NCBI GenBank assembly: GCA_002505775.1
Contig: DAVY01000009.1
Span: 101,614-165,613 of the forward strand
From: Euryarchaeota archaeon UBA130
GTDB lineage: Archaea > Thermoplasmatota > Poseidoniia > Poseidoniales > Thalassarchaeaceae
Direction: 5' to 3'
Length of the DNA stretch: 64,000 nt
The position numbers and the translations under genes were made by a program. Under the pieces are notes generated by a model that searched no databases, was not told the origin of the DNA, and was given only the letters and a program-made list of their open reading frames with translations. Every line of letters starts with the position of its first letter. Position 1 is the first letter of the stretch. Shown in pieces: positions 61,929-64,000 of the stretch.

Positions 61929-62840
61929 CTATCCTGTCTGGCTGATTTTGATCTTCCAGTCCGCAGTCCACTTGTTTACTTCCCATGGTCCCATGTTGTC
62001 CCTGGACTCGCTCATCTCTATGTGGAGGTCGTAGGTCCCAGGCCCAAGTAGGCCAAGGTCCCAAGCCAAGGAGACATCCTCGGCCCTGTTGGAGACCTTG
62101 GGTCCGAGATTCGTTTTTCTGGTGATGGTGGTCTCGTTACCCCTCAGCCAATCCCCTGAGTCTTGCTCGTCGAAAGTCCCCATGGCTTCCGTCAGATTAC
62201 CCGCGGTGTCGTTTGCGAGGATCAGCGTATTTCCCTTGTGAGTCAGTGTGATCAGGACCTGAGCGGACTCGGAGTCAATGTTGTCCGCAACTCCCAGCCC
62301 CATCACCACATGGACCTCGTCTCGGTCGATCTCCAGTTTGTACTCGCCACCTCTCCAGCTCGAGTCTATGATCCCGTCCGCATCCTGTATGTCGATACCG
62401 TTGGAAGTAGTTGGGGGAGCGATATCGCTCAGAGGCGGGTTCGAGAGGACGAAAGTTAGGGCCAGCCATGAGAAGACAAAGAGGAAGCACGCCCTGAACC
62501 AGTTCCCACCTGTGTACAGCTCCACAATCCTGGACGGCAATACGAGCTTGTGCAGTGAGGGAACTGTCGCGGCGAGGGAGACGGGGAGCACCCAATGAAT
62601 TCTACTGGGCTCGGTCGTGGTAGGCATGAACACATATCGCATAAACAGTGCCACACTCAACCCGTAGACTATGACCAGCCACATCGAGTAGGCGTCGGCC
62701 ACCTCCTTTACAGCGTGCTCATCGGGCTTGAAAGGCTCTAGCTCACGGCTCTTGGGCTCCTCCTTTTCCCCAGAACCACCACGCCCCCTCTTGCGCTTGT
62801 CGAAGGCGCTTGCACGCATCGCGGTATCCACGTCCACCAT
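61929..62840 (-). CDS. hypothetical membrane protein with extracytoplasmic C-terminal domain
   Basis: 303 aa. Basic N-terminus, three TM helices, then about 170 aa of beta-rich-looking sequence. Confidence 0.5.
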   Translation of the reverse strand: MVDVDTAMRASAFDKRKRGRGGSGEKEEPKSRELEPFKPDEHAVKEVADAYSMWLVIVYGLSVALFMRYVFMPTTTEPSRIHWVLPVSLAATVPSLHKLVLPSRIVELYTGGNWFRACFLFVFSWLALTFVLSNPPLSDIAPPTTSNGIDIQDADGIIDSSWRGGEYKLEIDRDEVHVVMGLGVADNIDSESAQVLITLTHKGNTLILANDTAGNLTEAMGTFDEQDSGDWLRGNETTITRKTNLGPKVSNRAEDVSLAWDLGLLGPGTYDLHIEMSESRDNMGPWEVNKWTADWKIKISQTG

Positions 62841-62948
62841 GACTATCGGCCCCTCTCGGAGGTGCTCCCCACATCAACCCTGTGGGTGTGAGCCACCCTT
62901 GTCTATGACGCTAACGCTCAAATGGACGGTGCTAGTCCCCGACGCGTC

Positions 62949-63103
62949 GCCGGGGTGGCGTAGTTGGTAGCGCGTCGGACTCATAGGGTAACTTTCTGCG
63001 GGGGGCTCAGCCCCTCTGGAGCTAGTCGATGAGCGCAACAGCCTAACTGAAGATTGTCTGAGACATCCGAAGGTCGCGGGTTCAAGTCCCGCTCCCGGCA
63101 CCA
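62949..63103 (+). tRNA. tRNA-Met (anticodon CAT; elongator type, or Ile2) with a 79-nt intron at 37/38, CCA encoded
   Basis: Hand-folded. Acceptor GCCGGGG/TCCCGGC. D arm GCGT-AGTTGGTA-GCGC. Anticodon stem TCGGA (62975-62979) / TCCGA (63066-63070), with loop C-T-CAT-A then the intron at 62986-63064. T arm GCGGG-TTCAAGT-CCCGC. The G1-C72 pair argues against an initiator. Bulge-helix-bulge: helix CTCA 62980-62983 / TGAG 63059-63062, flanked by 3-nt bulges. Confidence 0.85.
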
Positions 63104-63178
63104 CATTACAAGCTGCGTGATAATCATCGTTCGGAAAACAATTCTTGAATAGGACGGGATTTCAGACGGGTACGGACC

Positions 63179-64000
63179 ATGACGCTGAGTTCACTCAATT
63201 GGGTTAGTCGGTTTACCGACCAGACCCCAGGTGATGCCGAGAAAGGAGGCACATCGAGGCAGGTGCCCGGGGCCTGCTGGTCAAGGGTTGACCCCACTCC
63301 CGTCCCAGAGCCCGTTCTCAGGCTGTGGTCCAGGGAGATGGCTGTGGAGCTTGGAATAGAGGCCGGGGAAGGCGACGTACTGGGCGGAAGCAGCTTGATC
63401 AAGGGAATGGACCCCTATGCGCAGAGGTACGGTGGCCACCAATTCGGAAATTGGGCGGGCCAGCTTGGTGATGGAAGGGCAATAACCCTGGGCGAGGCCG
63501 AAACGGGTGAGGGGGTGCTGGAGCTACAGCTGAAGGGCTCCGGAATAACCCCCTACTCGAGATTCGCAGATGGCAAGGCAGTCCTACGCTCCTCAATCAG
63601 GGAGTTCCTCTGCAGTGAGGCGATGTTCCACCTCGGGGTCCCGACCACGCGAGCGCTCTCCCTGGTCACAACGGGCGAGGATGTCATCCGGGACGTGATG
63701 TACGACGGAAGACCCGCTCCAGAAACGGGCGCGGTGGTATGCAGGGTGGCCCAGAGCTTCCTGCGCTTCGGGAGCTTCCAGATACACGCCATGACAGGGG
63801 ACTTCGAGACACTCAGGAAACTCGTCGACTTCACGGTAAGACATCACTTCCCGGGCCACAGGACCGACAGCGACGAGGCCCTGCTGGAATGGCTCAAGCA
63901 GGTCGCTGACGAGACCGCTCGGATGATCGCCCATTGGATGAGGGTGGGATTCGTGCATGGCGTCATGAACACGGACAATATGTCAATTCACGGGCTGACC
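63179..64000 (+). CDS. selO: protein adenylyltransferase SelO (YdiU/UPF0061); C-terminal part runs off the right edge
   Basis: Not in the ORF track (no stop in window). Hand translation from ATG 63179: [85 protein letters not shown]. Confidence 0.88.
   Translation, partial: MTLSSLNWVSRFTDQTPGDAEKGGTSRQVPGACWSRVDPTPVPEPVLRLWSREMAVELGIEAGEGDVLGGSSLIKGMDPYAQRYGGHQFGNWAGQLGDGRAITLGEAETGEGVLELQLKGSGITPYSRFADGKAVLRSSIREFLCSEAMFHLGVPTTRALSLVTTGEDVIRDVMYDGRPAPETGAVVCRVAQSFLRFGSFQIHAMTGDFETLRKLVDFTVRHHFPGHRTDSDEALLEWLKQVADETARMIAHWMRVGFVHGVMNTDNMSIHGLT

Noticed and set aside
62986-63064. A functional box C/D guide sRNA inside the tRNA-Met intron.
   Set aside because: Only a C'-like CGAUGAG and two CUGA boxes are present. 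There is no 5' box C, the spacer is 13 nt, and no guide-target complementarity to the tRNA was found by eye. It is kept as a low-weight remark in the findings and not called as a feature.
63124-63958. Four minus-strand ORFs (63124-63402, 63399-63596, 63553-63834, 63593-63958).
   Set aside because: All lie antisense to the clearly identifiable SelO reading frame on the + strand. They are GC-rich shadow ORFs.
1-64000. CRISPR arrays, cas genes, restriction-modification, toxin-antitoxin pairs, transposases, rRNA operons.
   Set aside because: No regularly spaced direct repeats and no ORFs with the corresponding motifs were seen anywhere in the window. The only repeat structures are the short origin and operator motifs and the tandem paralog pairs already reported.

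Overview
This window looks like a chromosomal fragment from an archaeon. It carries Orc1/Cdc6 next to an AT-rich candidate origin, PCNA, the RFC small subunit, TFS, a Nop5-fibrillarin operon, an archaeal PPAT/DUF359 CoA module, and a tRNA-Met with a bulge-helix-bulge intron. Many metabolic and repair genes look bacterial: ABC-F, Fpg, SMUG1-like UDG, IcmF, BoxB, AmnBA, GlpX, a diflavin reductase and SelO. That mix suggests a heterotrophic planktonic euryarchaeote of the Marine Group II/III (Thermoplasmatota) type, but this is inference, not proof.

Coding density is high. I call about 68 CDS, 3 tRNAs (Gly-CCC, Gly-UCC, and intron-containing Met-CAU), one candidate structured RNA and one candidate oriC. 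I saw no rRNA, CRISPR array, transposase, integrase or obvious prophage.

All calls come from reading the ORF track and sequence and from motif memory. No searches were run, so family assignments are hypotheses of varying strength.

The best candidate for something undescribed is the low-GC module at 14983-18740:
- two tandem paralogous small wHTH-like proteins;
- a 261-bp AT-rich divergent spacer carrying an exact 9-nt inverted repeat;
- an 871-aa orphan protein with only an N-terminal wHTH recognisable;
- about 30 nt after its stop, on the same strand, a roughly 290-nt GC-rich non-coding segment with extensive long-range and mutually exclusive complementarity, which I could not match to SRP RNA or RNase P RNA.

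Secondary items:
- a translationally coupled three-gene operon with a possible divergent TBP-fold protein and a TatD-like hydrolase;
- an EF-Tu-like protein with a degenerate G domain;
- a BoxB-centred acyl-CoA operon with a His-rich orphan;
- an AmnB/AmnA/RidA aminophenol-cleavage cluster;
- an APC permease fused to an EF-hand.
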